A stretch of DNA of 64,000 nt from Eledone cirrhosa (Eukaryota): contig OZ024744.1 of the NCBI GenBank assembly GCA_964016885.1, positions 34,286,001-34,350,000 of the forward strand, written 5' to 3'. Under the pieces are notes generated by a model that was not told the DNA's origin, made no database searches, and saw nothing but the letters and a program-made list of their open reading frames with translations. Shown here one piece after another: positions 25,066 to 37,808 of the stretch (position 1 is the first letter of the stretch; each line of letters starts with the position of its first letter). A program made the translations under genes and the position numbers.

Positions 25066-25238
25066 TTATATATATGTAAAAGATATCCTTTTTTACAAAA
25101 TCAAAATATCACATAGGTGGAGAAGTTAAAAACACCTCTAGAATACAGAATACATGTCGTCGTTGCCGCCTTTAACCCTTATAGATGGCAGAGAACACTG
25201 CCAAGGACGGACAGATTCTACTCCATGAAATCACTAAA

Positions 25239-25308
<70 letters not shown>

Positions 25309-25404
25309 TGTATGTATGTAAAAGGTAAACAGAAATAACAACACGATCAGTACAGTATATGGAAGGGATATATTAGGTTAACGCTTGATATAGCAGGAAG
25401 AGGG

Positions 25405-25440
25405 TTTTGACGTTTCGGACGCTAGTCCTTCATCAGAAGA
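25405..25440 (-). ncRNA. Minimal hammerhead-like core from a Penelope-like end
   Basis: Minus strand UU-CUGAUGA-aGGAC UAGC GUCC-GAA-ACGU-C-AA. GUC triplet present; stem I is weak. Confidence 0.5.
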
Positions 25441-25519
25441 AAGAATGAGAAATAAGATAGATTGTGGGGACGAGAGAGAGAGAGAAAAAGAGAGAGAGAG
25501 AGAGGGAGAGAGAGAGAGA

Positions 25520-25567
<48 letters not shown>

Positions 25568-25988
25568 AATGTGGTGGATGTATTTTAATCACAATATATG
25601 TAAATAACATCACAATGAGCATAAATTACAATACTCGTACATTAATGATCAACTAATTTACCATCAATCCGACAGGCTTGAACTATATACTTCCGTATTT
25701 TAATTTGCATGGCTGCATTTTATCTGACGATGTGGTATAATATTCTGATCTCTCATAATTGCCAAACAGACGAACTTCTTGACCTTTCACCTACGCTAGC
25801 GCGCTTCATTACTCCACATAAAACAAAGGTTGGTAAACAAAAAAGAAAGCATTAATAAACAGCATTAATAACACAAAACAATGCTGCAATTAATCAGAGC
25901 TAACATACTCGTATGTTAAAAAGAAAAAAAAAACGCATTCTCTCTAATTGGTAAAGGAAAATAATTATCGGTCCAAGTTTCAAACATA

Positions 25989-26184
25989 CGAGGGTGGCTG
26001 AAAAGTTAAAGTTCATAGGCTGACTATGAAGGATTGATGCTAGCGCTGTGAAATCTTGCACACATTAATTTCAACTATTCTTTAAAATCTAATAACTGCA
26101 TTGCTTCTTTCCAAGGACTAAACCTCATTTGGTCATTCCAGGAGAGTATCTTGGTCAGCCTATGAACCTTTCAGCCAACCCTCG
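25989..26184. mobile_element. Tc1/mariner-type MITE
   Basis: TIRs CGAGGGTGGCTGAAA..TTCATAGGCTGAC / GTCAGCCTATGAACCTTTCAGCCAACCCTCG, with TA target duplication on both sides. Confidence 0.85.
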
Positions 26185-26550
26185 TATCATTAACGTCACA
26201 GTTAAACAAAGCATGAATCACATTGTAACTGGCTACAACTATAGAATGAGCCAAAATTCAGCCATTTTATCCACAAAAGATAGATCCACGAAAGCGTTTT
26301 AAAATGTGGGGGAAAGATGAATGTGTGTGCGTAAGTGTATGTGTTTTCGTGTGCGTGTGTGTGTGCATTTGTATTTATATAGTTGATTCGAAGAAATATG
26401 GTATTTTTTTCGAATCAGCCATGTGTAAACATGGATGGTTCGGCGAGTAGTGAACAAGAAGAGACAGCTTATCTCATATAATTTGAACTAAGTTGGGAAC
26501 GAAACGGTAGCCAATATATCTTCTGTTATATTGTTATTCTGTAATTAATA

Positions 26551-26744
26551 GGGCGGTGAATTGGCAGTATCGGTAGAGGGACGGACGCCATGCTTTGACG
26601 CATAGAGTTACGGCCCTTGCCATTCTGAGTTCAAATGCCGTCAAGGTTAACTTTGCCTTTCATCCTTACGGAGTCGATAAAATAAAGTACCAGTAATACA
26701 TTGGGTAATTGCTGGCCTTGTGCCAAAAGTAGAAACAGTTATTA
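26551..26744 (+). mobile_element. tRNA-derived SINE with 11-bp TSD
   Basis: A-box-like TGGCAGTATCGG and B-box-like GAGTTCAAATGCC. TSD TGTAATTAATA at 26540-26550 and 26745-26755. Confidence 0.88.
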
Positions 26745-28177
26745 TGTAATTAATATATATTTAGCTGTGCTACGGTTTATAGAGCTCACTCTTTAATTCT
26801 TGGTCAAGATATGTACACACACCAGACCTGTCTACTCTCTCCGTCGGACGGAGAGATCACCCCGTTTTCGCTCATTTCTCCCCGTCTCCCGTTTTTCTGA
26901 AAATGGGTATAGCTTTCATTACGTAAAGAGTTCCCATTTTGCCTCATTTCTCCCTATTTTGGAGAATTTTTTGTCATGGTACTCCCCATTTGGGTTTTTC
27001 GAGGCTGGAAGGTCCAACACATACACCTTTACGCTAGGCCTCAGAGAGATGCATTACTGGACCTTAAAGGTCAGAGTTTTATACAAATTTGTATAATTAA
27101 ATTAAATAGATAATAGTTCCTGCTATCCATAAATAAATAGCTAAACAGCTTTGTCATGTAGCAGCATTGTAGAAATGTCCAAGGTGGTCACATTATTTAG
27201 TGTGGGTGAGTGTCGACTGTGGATTAGAAAATGCCGGCTTAGTAAATTTTTTAGTGTGGTCAGAACATGGCGTGTGAGAAACTTGGTTCACCAGCCTGCT
27301 AAATTATAAATATAAATATTCATTTGGGTGAACTGGGTGCATATATAAGTGAAGAAAGAGCGCAACGTAGAACTATCGCACTACATTAAACCACCAGATG
27401 GCGGCACTGTTTTAGGTGGTATTTGAGAGCAGAATGTAAAGGCCGTGGAACATGTAAGAAACATTTATTTTATTTAAATTTCTTTGTTCAAAATGAATAA
27501 CCGAAATGTATTTCATATTTGTTTCAATTTTTTATTATACGTAGTGTTGAGTACAAATGTTTATTATACAGCTAATTACTCCACCGATGAATGCATATTA
27601 TACAAAATAGAGTGGCGACTTCAAATAAATCCTGTAAATAGTGTTTGCCTATATCACCCTTCATGGGCAGAATGATAAGAGCACTTACCTTCTGATGTAC
27701 GACAAATTAACTGTGACAATATAAAACCAATCTGGTACAATGAGAATAGTAATATATTTTTCACTTTAGTGTACAATGAGAATAGTAATATATTTTTCAC
27801 TTTAGTTTAAATTTCCACTGCAATTATACTTTCATTAGATTTTCTAATATTGGCTGTGTTGTACATAATATTATTAATTAATTAATTACGTAACCAATAA
27901 ATGTACATTATGCAAATTAGACTGGTCATTTCAGTTAAGTCTTAGCTTGTGTAGCGTTGGAATATAGGTTTCTTAAGATAAGTGTAACTTGTCTTCTAAA
28001 GAAAATTCAATTACCCGTAAACTATGTAAGACAATCTCTTGTTTTCCACACACACACACACACATATTAACCCACACACATCCTTTCATCCGCTTTCTGC
28101 TTTTGTTTCCTTCTTTCTCTCTCTAGAGCTACTCCTTCTGTAGTTTCCTACGTTTAACTCCCACATACACACTCATC

Positions 28178-28530
28178 ATGACTACCACTGCTACAATTAC
28201 TACAACTACTACCATAACTACTACCACCACCACCACCATCACTACCACCACCACCACTACCACCACCACCGGTACAACCACCATCAGAACAAACCACAAT
28301 TATTACCACACCACAACCCCCACAACCCCCACTGCAATTATTACCACTATCACCACCGTAGCCACTACAATTATTACCACTACCATCACCACCACACCAC
28401 AACCCCCACTACCACCATTACAATTATTACCACTATAACCACCACCACCACCACCTCCATCAGCAGCACCACCGCCACCAACACTACCAGAGCCCTCACC
28501 ACTGCCACCTACAACAATAACAACAATACA
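28178..28530. repeat. (ACC/ACT/ACA)n degenerate trinucleotide microsatellite
   Basis: Low-complexity triplet run. Confidence 0.85.
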
Positions 28531-28778
28531 CAATATTTATTAATGTGACTCTAACTAATCAATAATCTCTGCTGTTCTCTAATACGTGATTAATTTGATT
28601 ATCTTGCACTTCTGATTAATTAATTATATTCTGTCGAGCTCATTGATACGTATTCATACACTCATGTATGAATTCGTATGAGTGCACACACACACGCACC
28701 CACACAGTTATCACGCACATATATAAATACACACGTATGATATGTATCTATAAATATATGAACACACACTATTATATA

Positions 28779-28955
28779 GGGCGGTGGATTGGCAGTATCG
28801 GTGCCAAGCTTTGAAGCGTAAGGTTACCTCCCTTTATGATCTGAGTTCAAATCCCGCCGAGGTTAACTTTGCCTTTCATCCTTACAGGGTCGATAAAATA
28901 AAGTACCATTAATAAACTGGGATAATTGCTGTCTTTGTGCCAAAAGTAGAAACAA
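28779..28955 (+). mobile_element. tRNA-derived SINE (same family)
   Basis: GGGCGGTGGATTGGCAGTATCGG..GAGTTCAAATCCCGCCGAGGTTAACTTTGCCTTTCATCC..GTGCCAAAAGTAGAAAC; flanked by ATTATATA. Confidence 0.88.
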
Positions 28956-29239
28956 TTATATATATATATATATATATATATGAAAACATGGCGTGCTGCG
29001 TGGTTGCAAATGGGTTTCATATGAATAAATTAGTCCTTCATCAGTGATCTTCCACTCTTCATTGGTATTTCATCGCTTTAAAGACCATATACATCCGGTT
29101 GGTGCGAGCAACGGCTAAAGAAAATTGTTGAGACACGTAAATAAGGGGAACGAGCGAGACAGTAAACAAACAAAGATGGTAATGCAACGAAAAGTGAGGA
29201 AGAAGGAATCAAGTCCCTGAAATCGATATATATATAATA

Positions 29240-29380
29240 GTAGAACACTGGAGGGTTATATCCGTAGTGGTAGAGCACTCAGTCCATGGGACAAGTTTAG
29301 TAGTAGTAGTTCCACAACAGTTAGTTCATCATTACTGAGTATACTTGTTCTCGGTAATGATGAACTAACTGTTGTGGAAC
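29240..29380. repeat. Second copy of the 22735 element, folded back at a different point
   Basis: Shares GTAGAACACTGGA..GCACTCAGTCCATGGGAC; palindrome at 29309-29380. Confidence 0.75.
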
Positions 29381-30324
29381 GTATTTTGGCGGGGGTCCAA
29401 AAACATAACGAAACGCAATCTTCGAGATATGTGGCAAGCGCTCAATGGACTAAAAGAAGACCAGAGCAATTAACATACGATATAAAGGCCAGATAAAATG
29501 AAAACTGGTCGTGAAGCCATCAGCCACAGAGTAAAAAAAAACGAAGCAAGCTAGAGAGGTTAACAAAAGAATTTACCTGGATTTACGTGATTACCCCACG
29601 TGTTTACCCTATATATATATACACACACACACACACGCACACATACATATATATATTAAAGTGGAAGCGAAGAGGCAGTACAAATGTTATTATTAGTTTC
29701 ACGCTTGAGAGTGGTGGGTGGGGTCTTGGGCATGAAGAGAGTTCTGAGGGTGTGTGGGGGAGGGGGGGGGAGAAATTAAAAAAAAATAGTTTAAAAAGGG
29801 GGCGGGGTGAGAGAAACGGGAGGAAAAGGAAGTGTTTGGAGAGTAAAAAAATTAAAATTAAAAGAAACAAGTGGTGAAAGGGTTGTGAGGCGTGTAGGGG
29901 TGGTGGTGGTGTGTATGTGTATATGTGTACGTGTGTGTGCGTGTGTATGTGTGTAGGTGTGCGTGTGTGTGTGTGTATGTGTGTAGGTGTGTGTGTATGT
30001 GGATGTGGATGTGAATGTGAGAGTTGGGTAAAAAACGAGGTTCCATGTTCGAGTAATAGGAGAAACCGGTGTGTACATGGGGTGGGGTGTGTGTCGGTGT
30101 GTGTGCGCGCGCGTGCGTGTAGATGAAGAGGGCGTCAGAGGGAATGGGGGAGAGGGGGCGTGTGGAGTCCGGAGGTTGAGTGTGTGTATGTGGGGATACG
30201 CACCTATGTGGGTGAATGTATGTGTGATGGTGTGTGTTCGTGTGTGTATGGTGAGGGGGAAGGTGTGTTTGAGGGGGTGTTAGTAACATTAGTGGTGGGG
30301 TGGTCAAATGTATATGTGTGGGTG

Positions 30325-33300
30325 GGGAACGCCCCTCAACGTCTCCAGTTTGTGCAGTAATGGCTCGAGAGTCAATACGTACAAGAGGGACGAGAGGGGA
30401 CATCCTTGGCGGACCGAGCGCATGATGTTGAACGGTTCCAAAAGGTGACTGTTCACTCTCACCACAGAGCAGATGTCGCTGTGCATGGCAGCGATCCAGC
30501 CTCTGAAGACGGGCCCAAAGCCAGCCGCCCTCAGGACTGCCGCTAGGTAACGATGGTCGACCCTATCGAAAGCTTTCGACTGATCTAAATTGATCAAGGA
30601 CCCACCCGTGCAAGGTTCCCTAGCTACCCTCTCTACGATGTATCGCATGAGGTGGAGGTTGTCGTTGATGGATCTGTCGGGAATGGCGCATGTCTGCGCC
30701 TCTTCCACCAGACCACTAACGACAAGCGCCAACCTCTTTGCTAGCACCTTGGCCAAATTTGTGTTTAGCAGAGTTATGGGCCTGAAATTATCTATGTTAT
30801 CCCCCTTGTTCAGATCCTTTCTCAGCAGTGCCACCGCTCCTTGGCTCACAGAGCTGGGAATTCTCCCGTTCTGTTGCCAGTTGCAGTAGACGTCCGCCAA
30901 GAGGCCTCCGAACAAGTCTGGCATATGTACGTAAAGTTCATAGGGCAGACCATCCAAACCAGGCGATTTACCCCTTGTGCAACCAGTCATTGCCTTCCGT
31001 ACTTCAGCGGCTGTTATCGGCTTTTCGCAACACTCCGCCTCGGTGGCCGAGAGCCGCAGCAGTCCGTCGAGGTAGACACTAAAGTCCATCCCTCGACCCA
31101 GCCCACCGCTGCCCCCGAACAGCTTAGCGAAGTGTCGCTGAAAAGCTTCACACATTTGCCCGGGATCGAGTAGTATGCGCCCGTCGTGGTCCACCAAAGA
31201 CCGGATCGTGGGTTTGTTGCCACGACTCGCCTCCGCCACTCGGGCCCATTGAACGGCTTTCGTTCCCTCGTGTCTGAGAGCACGCACCCTAGCTCTGACA
31301 ACGCAGCCTTCGTGCTTTGCATTGAAGAATTGGTCAAGGGCCAATTTCGTCGCAAGCACGTCGGTCGCAATGCCTTTGCTAAGCGCCTCGTCTAATTTTC
31401 TAACTAGTTCTTCCTCTGCTCTATCTTTCTCTATTGCTAAAGCCTTACTAAACCTAATGGATTCTATTCTAATCGCTATTTTCAGAGCAAACGACCACTT
31501 GTTGTTGACGATGGCCCCCGTCAACGCCCGCTTAACTAGTTCGCTAATCCGGTCTCTGTAGGCCTTGCGCGCTGGTAAGGACGCGTTTAGCTTCCAGTAG
31601 CCTGGTCCTCGTCTATGAAGCCTATCTAAGACACAGATCACGAATTTGTGGTCCGTGTAGCTGACTATCTTGAATTGTGGACAGCCTATGCTAGTCCTAT
31701 CTATTTTCCTACAAAATACTCTATCTAGATATGATCTGGATGACCCTATGCGATTTGTCCAAGTCCACATTGACACATTCGGGAAATCCAATCGGTACCT
31801 GTCAGACAGTTCAAAACGCCTGAGCATGTTGGAGAGGCTCTTGCACCCTCCACCCCTATCCGCTAATCCCACACAGTCCCAGCGTGCATCTAAGATCCCG
31901 TTCCAGTCGCCCACTAACACTAAAGAGCGGGACGTTCCAAGAAAGGTCTCCAGACGCCGGAAGAAATCAGGCCGCCCTGCTCCTGTCGGGACATAGACGG
32001 CCACTAGCCTGAAAGCTTGCCCGTCTCCGCTGGTCACGTCCAGCACCACCAACTTACCCTCTGGGTCCAGGAAGATGGCCCGTATGACGACTTCCAAACC
32101 TCTCCGAAAAAGCACAGCAACTCCCCCCCCCCCCCGATCCAGGACGGCTGGAAGATGCGTACACATCGTAGCCGCCGAAGATCGGTGCAAAGGCCCGTGC
32201 TTCGGAGATTCTGGTCTCGCTGATGGCCACTACATCTATGTTTAGTGACCTGAGGTCGTTGAGCAGGCGACCCTGCTTCCATGACGACCCCAAACCACGC
32301 GCATTTATGCTGCCTATTCTGAGTGAGGTCATGTTTAAAATGGAGTGGAAAAGATGGGAAAGACCACTTACCGTACTTTTCGTAGAGGAAGGATGGTTTC
32401 TCCATCCCTTTTCACTTGATCGTCTGGTGAAGGGACCGTTGAATCGTCCCTTCGGCTGGTCGTCGGCTCTTCTATGAGTATGTCCGAATATACTCTCCGG
32501 TTGAGAGTCCCCCCCCCCCCTAGGTCTCTGAAATCACCAACTGTGTTGGGGAATTTCGTTTTGTTGTTTGTGTATTGTTTCTGTGCTATTTTTACCAGTC
32601 TTATGTTCGTTGGCGTTTTGATTGGTGCGGTATTATGTAGTCGTGCTGTGAAATGTCTGTGTGTTCAATTATGTAAGTCATTAGTTTCTTGTTGTGTGTA
32701 TTTATTGCCGTGCATTTGTTTTTCTGGGGGTGGGGTGGGGTTCTGCTATTTTCTTGTCGTTGTTGCTGGGTGTGTGTGCTTTGTTGTTGTGTTTGCGATG
32801 TTGGTGCTTGTGGTGGTGGTGTTGAAGGTGTTGTTGTTGGCGGTGGGGTTGTCGCCGGTGGTGATGGTGGTGCTAGTGTGGGTGGTGATGATGTTGGTGG
32901 TGTTACTGCTGTGAGTCTCTTTGCAGTAGCCTTTACCCTTTTTTCATTTCTTTCCTCCTTTTCGAAGGCGACGATGCACTGCTTCTGCGTTTGTGCCTTC
33001 TTACGACCTTTTGCCAACCCTCTCCCACCTCACACTCCATGTCTGATTCTGTGAGGTCGGGGAGGGGTACCAGCTCCACTCTTTCACTTGTTGTTGGTGG
33101 TGTTTGCAGTGGAGTCTCTGTTGCAGCTGCATTTGGTATTACTGTTGTTGTTGTTAATACTTCCACTGCTGCTGCTGTTCTTGATTTCCGTGGCGTGGGT
33201 ATGGATGCCACGGACCTATCGTTCCTGGTTGCCGCTTGTCCTGTTGCAGGTAGCCGTGGAGCCGGTTTCGGAAGGAGGGGGGTTTTCTCCTTTCTCAGGG

Positions 33301-34686
33301 TCTTCTCGTTGCAGAAGGCCCTGAGGTGAGTCTTCAATCCACAGCGAAAGCATTTTGGGCGTTTGCCCTCAACACTTATGGGCAGTTGAGTGCCGTTATC
33401 GAAGTCTATCACATCCGGGATAGCTTCGATGCACTCCTGGTTGGTTTGGATTAACATCTCAATGGAGGTGCCGACCCAATCTTCTCTTACTTTTTTCTGT
33501 ACTTGCAGTACAGTTGTTTTGTCCTCGATTCCGACGAGGGCAGACGCGGCCAGCCAAGAAGGGGCCATCCCGGGGTGGCACGTGGGTCAGTTTGACCCTC
33601 ACAATTTTTTGCCCGCAGTAGGAGGGCACCAACACCATTTCCTCGCTCCTTAGGGGCACTAAGGATTCAGCCTTTGCCTCCTGGGGTGTGGCAAAAAGCA
33701 CGTCTACGGTGGCATATTTCTTGCCTCGGGTGATGTGCGTTTTCCGCTGCCACACAGACCCTAAGGCTTTTTGTATTTGAGCCTCTGTGGCTCTTTCAAC
33801 CCTACGGGATTTTGTGCTTACTGTACGGTACGTGACCGTACAGTGCTGTTGAGTTTCGAAAACATTTTCGGCTGCCTTGCAGATTGCTCGGTGTCCGGTT
33901 TTCGTCACCATCTTCTTCGCTTCCTCTAATTGCTTATTTGTTATGAGGATGGTTTCCAGGTTCTTTGCGATACCTGCAAACGAGATTGGTTTTTCTTTGC
34001 TGCTGTTGTTGTTGTCGTTGTCGTCAGAGCTGCTGTTACTTTTGTTGTTGCTGCAGGTACTACGACTACTGCCGCTGTTGCTGAGGTTGTTGTTGTTGTT
34101 TCTGCTGCTGCTGCTGATGTTGTTGTTGTTGCTGCTAATGCTGTTGTTGTTTATGCTGCTGCTGATGCTGTTTCGGCTGCCACTGTTGTTTTCCTTGTCA
34201 CTGTTGCTGCTGTTATTACGGCTGCTACTGCTATTATTCATGACGTCAGACGAATAAAATGGGTTTTCGTATTTACCGCACACCTTTTTCGTCGTTGTCG
34301 TCGTCGTCGTGGAGAAATGTTGCACGCTTTGCACGTGATTTTTCTTTGCTGGCGTCGCTTGCGAAAGAGAAGGGAGGGAGAGAGACAATCTTCTCTCTGC
34401 TGTAGTGACGATTGAGGAAGAAGAAGACGGAATGAGTGGGAGTGACCTATGAAAATTCTTTTTGGTAGCCATGTTTTTTTTTGTTTCAAATAAATATTGG
34501 GCATAAAACCCCAATAAGCGGTTATTTAACCCCGAAGGGCCAAATAACGGGCAGAAAGACCCCTCTCACGAGGAGGAGGGTGTTTTTGTCTACAATTTGG
34601 TTAAAGTTTTAAACAATTTACAATTGTTATAGCGGTCAAAATTTACAATACCTTACAGAGCCGAGCTTCCGTCAACCATAGCATTC
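30325..34686 (-). mobile_element. Tx1/L1-clade LINE copy A: intact 5' end, 3'-truncated, frameshifted ORF1/ORF2
   Basis: Aligns to copy E from the 5' end to the RT motif LEPLLHKLETLRGVP. 5' flank is (ATT)n. Confidence 0.93.
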
Positions 34687-34710
34687 AATAATAATAATAA
34701 TAATAATAAT

Positions 34711-36791
34711 GATTTCTTTATTAACCACAAGGGTTTACATAAAGTAGACATTAAGGACAGTGCAGGACAATACAGGACGGTACACATGGGCATTTCTGCG
34801 TGTAAAAAACAAAAACAGAGGATGTAACAAAAAATAACAATGAAAAATTCCCCAATAGGGGGGAGACTTCGGAGGGACATTTGTGGAGAAAGCCCAGTAA
34901 AAGGCCACAATGACCCTGACCACCAAGGCAAGTGCCCTCTTCCAGTTTTCCACCTTTAATTTACAGATATATACTCAGAGTAGGCCCATTCACTCGGGCC
35001 ATTCTTGCTTCTCTCACCCATCTTTCAACAAAATGTTGGGAAGAGAGCACTTCCCTCTCTACTCTGATTTTCCTTTTCAAATGAAATTTGAAAAAGTCAA
35101 TCAGAGCATCACCGAAGAGGTAAGTGCTCGTCTTCAGCCCTTTCAAACGTGTCCACCATACTATCTCTTTCGCCATGGCCACCAGACAGATAAAAACTTC
35201 CTGCCCTTCCCGGCTAAAGGAGGAGGGCGGGGCAATCCTCACGATGGACTCAGATGATAGCCGGATCCGTCCTAAACGCGACAGCAGGTGTTCGACATAA
35301 ACCCACAAGTCAGCAATTTTCGGACACTGGACGAGTGCGTGCAGGACGGTTTCGTCGCCCTGCGCGCATCTCGGACATACCCGGCTGACGGCACCTCCAT
35401 GCCTGTAGAGTTTATCCCGAACTGGCAAGGCTCCTCGGTAGCACTGCCAGGCCAGAGATTTCTGGAAGTTGTCCATAGGCCCTGGCCCGAAAGTTCTTCC
35501 GAAGAGATTGGCTAGTTGATTTTCGTCGACGCCTAGAGTTTCCCCAAGTACGTCGTCGCTCTTCCCCTCCACTAATCCTCTATAGAACGCCGAGGTGGAG
35601 TTTCCACCAATCACATTGCCCGATTGGTCGAGGGCTGTGAGCGCCTGAAGACATTCCAGTCTCCAGGCGCTCCCTCTCGGTCTTCGCTTGACCCAGGACT
35701 GCAGCTCCGTCAAGGAAACGAGCTGGGGAAATACGTGTCTAGCAAACGGCGACCACACCTGATCACCGTCGAGGAAGAGGTGGAGATGTCGTAGCCTGAG
35801 CGCGTGCATGCGCATCATCAGCCACGGCATGCCCAGCCCTCCACGTAGCGGGTGTTGACAACAGATGGACCGCCTGACCATCGGAGCGCGTCCCTTCCAC
35901 AAAAAGCGAAAGAGCAAACGCTCCAGCGCAGTCAGGCGAGGCTTAGGACAAGGTACGACGGTCAGGCGGTAGCAGATGACAGACGCGATGTACGCGTTAG
36001 CCACCTCCGCTCGACCTTTCAGGGATAGCTTCCTCTCCGCCCATTTCTGGGTGAGAGAAGCCACCCTGCTCGTCACCTCGTCCCAGTTTTTGTCCGCCTG
36101 GAGGTCCGGACCGAACCAGACCTCTAGCAATTTAACCGGTCCGTCCGTCCAGCGTCCGACGACGCTGTTGGACGGCATGGACATGCCTCTCCAGGTGCCG
36201 ATCTGCAGGCCCACTGACTTTTCCTGGTTGATCATTGCTCCTGTCACCGCTTCGTATTCTCTTAGTGTAGTACCGATCGCCTCGATGTGTTTGGCGTTCG
36301 ACACCACTACGGTGACATCGTCCGCATATGCTGACACGGATCTTCCGCATCCTAGTTCGCGCGGGACGTCCCTCGACGTCTCCAGTTTGTGCAGTAATGG
36401 CTCGAGAGTCAATACGTACAAGAGGGACGAGAGGGGACATCCTTGGCGGACCGAGCGCATGATGTTGAACGGTTCCGACAGGTGACCGTTTACTCTCACC
36501 ACAGAGCAGATGTCGCTGTGCATGGCAGCGATCCAGCCTCTGAAGACGGGCCCAAAGCCAGCCGCCCTCAGGACTGCCGCTAGGTAACGATGGTCGACCC
36601 TATCGAAAGCTTTCGACTGATCTAAATTGATCAAGGACCCACCCGTGCCAGGTTCCCTAGCTGCCCTCTCTACGATGTATCGCATGAGGTGGAGGTTGTC
36701 GTGGATGGATCTGTCATGAATGGCGTATGTCTGCGCCTCTCCCACCAGACCACCAACGACAAGCGCCAACCTCTTTGCTAGCACCTTGGCC
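34711..36791 (-). mobile_element. Tx1 copy B: 5'-truncated (RT C-half + zinc knuckle, ORF 34961-36784 open)
   Basis: LDQSKAFDRV, QGCPLS, YADD, CPRC..H...C. (AAT)n on both sides. Confidence 0.95.
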
Positions 36792-36870
<79 letters not shown>

Positions 36871-36874
36871 TACT

Positions 36875-37780
36875 GTACTGAAGGAGGGGACAGTAGGCCA
36901 GGGGATATCCAAGGAGGAAATAACATCAAGGAGGAAGAGCAGCCTTAAGGGAAAATCCCTTCATAGTACCTTCTTTGAGAAAACTGAATTTAGAGATCCA
37001 CAGACATGGAACTGGTTGAGAAGAGGAGACCTCAAAAAGGCTACAGAAGGAATGCTAATGGCTGCGCAGGAGCAGGCCCTCAAAACGAAGTGGTTGAAGC
37101 ACCATATCTACAAGGAGGAGGCTAGCCCACTGTGCAGGATCTGTGGAGAGAGAGAGGAGACTGTGGCTCACATTGTGTCCGAGTGTAAACACCTAGCCCA
37201 GACCCACTATAAGGGCTGGAGACACGATGTGATGGGCAGGGTGATCCACTGGCACCTGTGCAAAGTAAACAATCTACCACATTCTGAGAAATGGTATGAG
37301 CATAGGCCAGAGGCGGTGATGGAGAACAGTCAGGTGAAGGTGCTGTGGGATTTTAGGATACAGACGGACAAAAAACTGGAACACAATAGACCTGACCTGG
37401 TGGTTGTGGACAAAGAAAAAAGATCGTGCCTGATTGTGGATGTGGCCTGCCCGTTCGACACGAGAGTGCAAGAGAAGGAGAGGGAGAAAATTAACCGATA
37501 CCAGGACCTAAAGTGGGAGGTGAAAAGGATTTGGAACTGCCATGAAGTCAAAGTGATCCCGATTGTCATAGGCGCACTGGGGACTATCTCCAAAGGTTTC
37601 CAGGGATGGTTAAAGAAAATCGGCCCCTTCACGCTTTTTGGAACGCTTCAAAAGGCATGCTTGCTTGGAACAGCAAGAACCCTCCGATACGTCCTGAATA
37701 TCTGAGGCTGCAGGTAGTGGCTTGATATTCAATCCAACGGACTTTCCAGTTAACCAACATCAATGACTGAGATTCAAGGA
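36875..37780 (+). mobile_element. R4/Dong-type RLE LINE family A, 5'-truncated
   Basis: CRICGEREETVAHIVSEC zinc knuckle, RHD, NRPDLVV, VDVACP, IGALG, LQKACLLGT. Flanked by (AAT)n. Confidence 0.92.
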
Positions 37781-37808
37781 ATAACAATAACAATAATAAT
37801 AATAATAA

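Noticed and set aside
27735-27806. 36-bp direct tandem duplication
   Set aside because: An isolated local duplication with no further structure.
26551-28955. tRNA genes
   Set aside because: A/B boxes are present but there is no cloverleaf. They are SINE heads with a shared body and TSDs.
8100-29877. Short ORFs rich in YI/CV/MYVC/TTT/ER
   Set aside because: These are translations of microsatellites, not genes.
29381-30324. Unassigned sequence adjoining the broken 3' end of Tx1 copy A
   Set aside because: GT-rich and low complexity. I could not support any motif or ORF.
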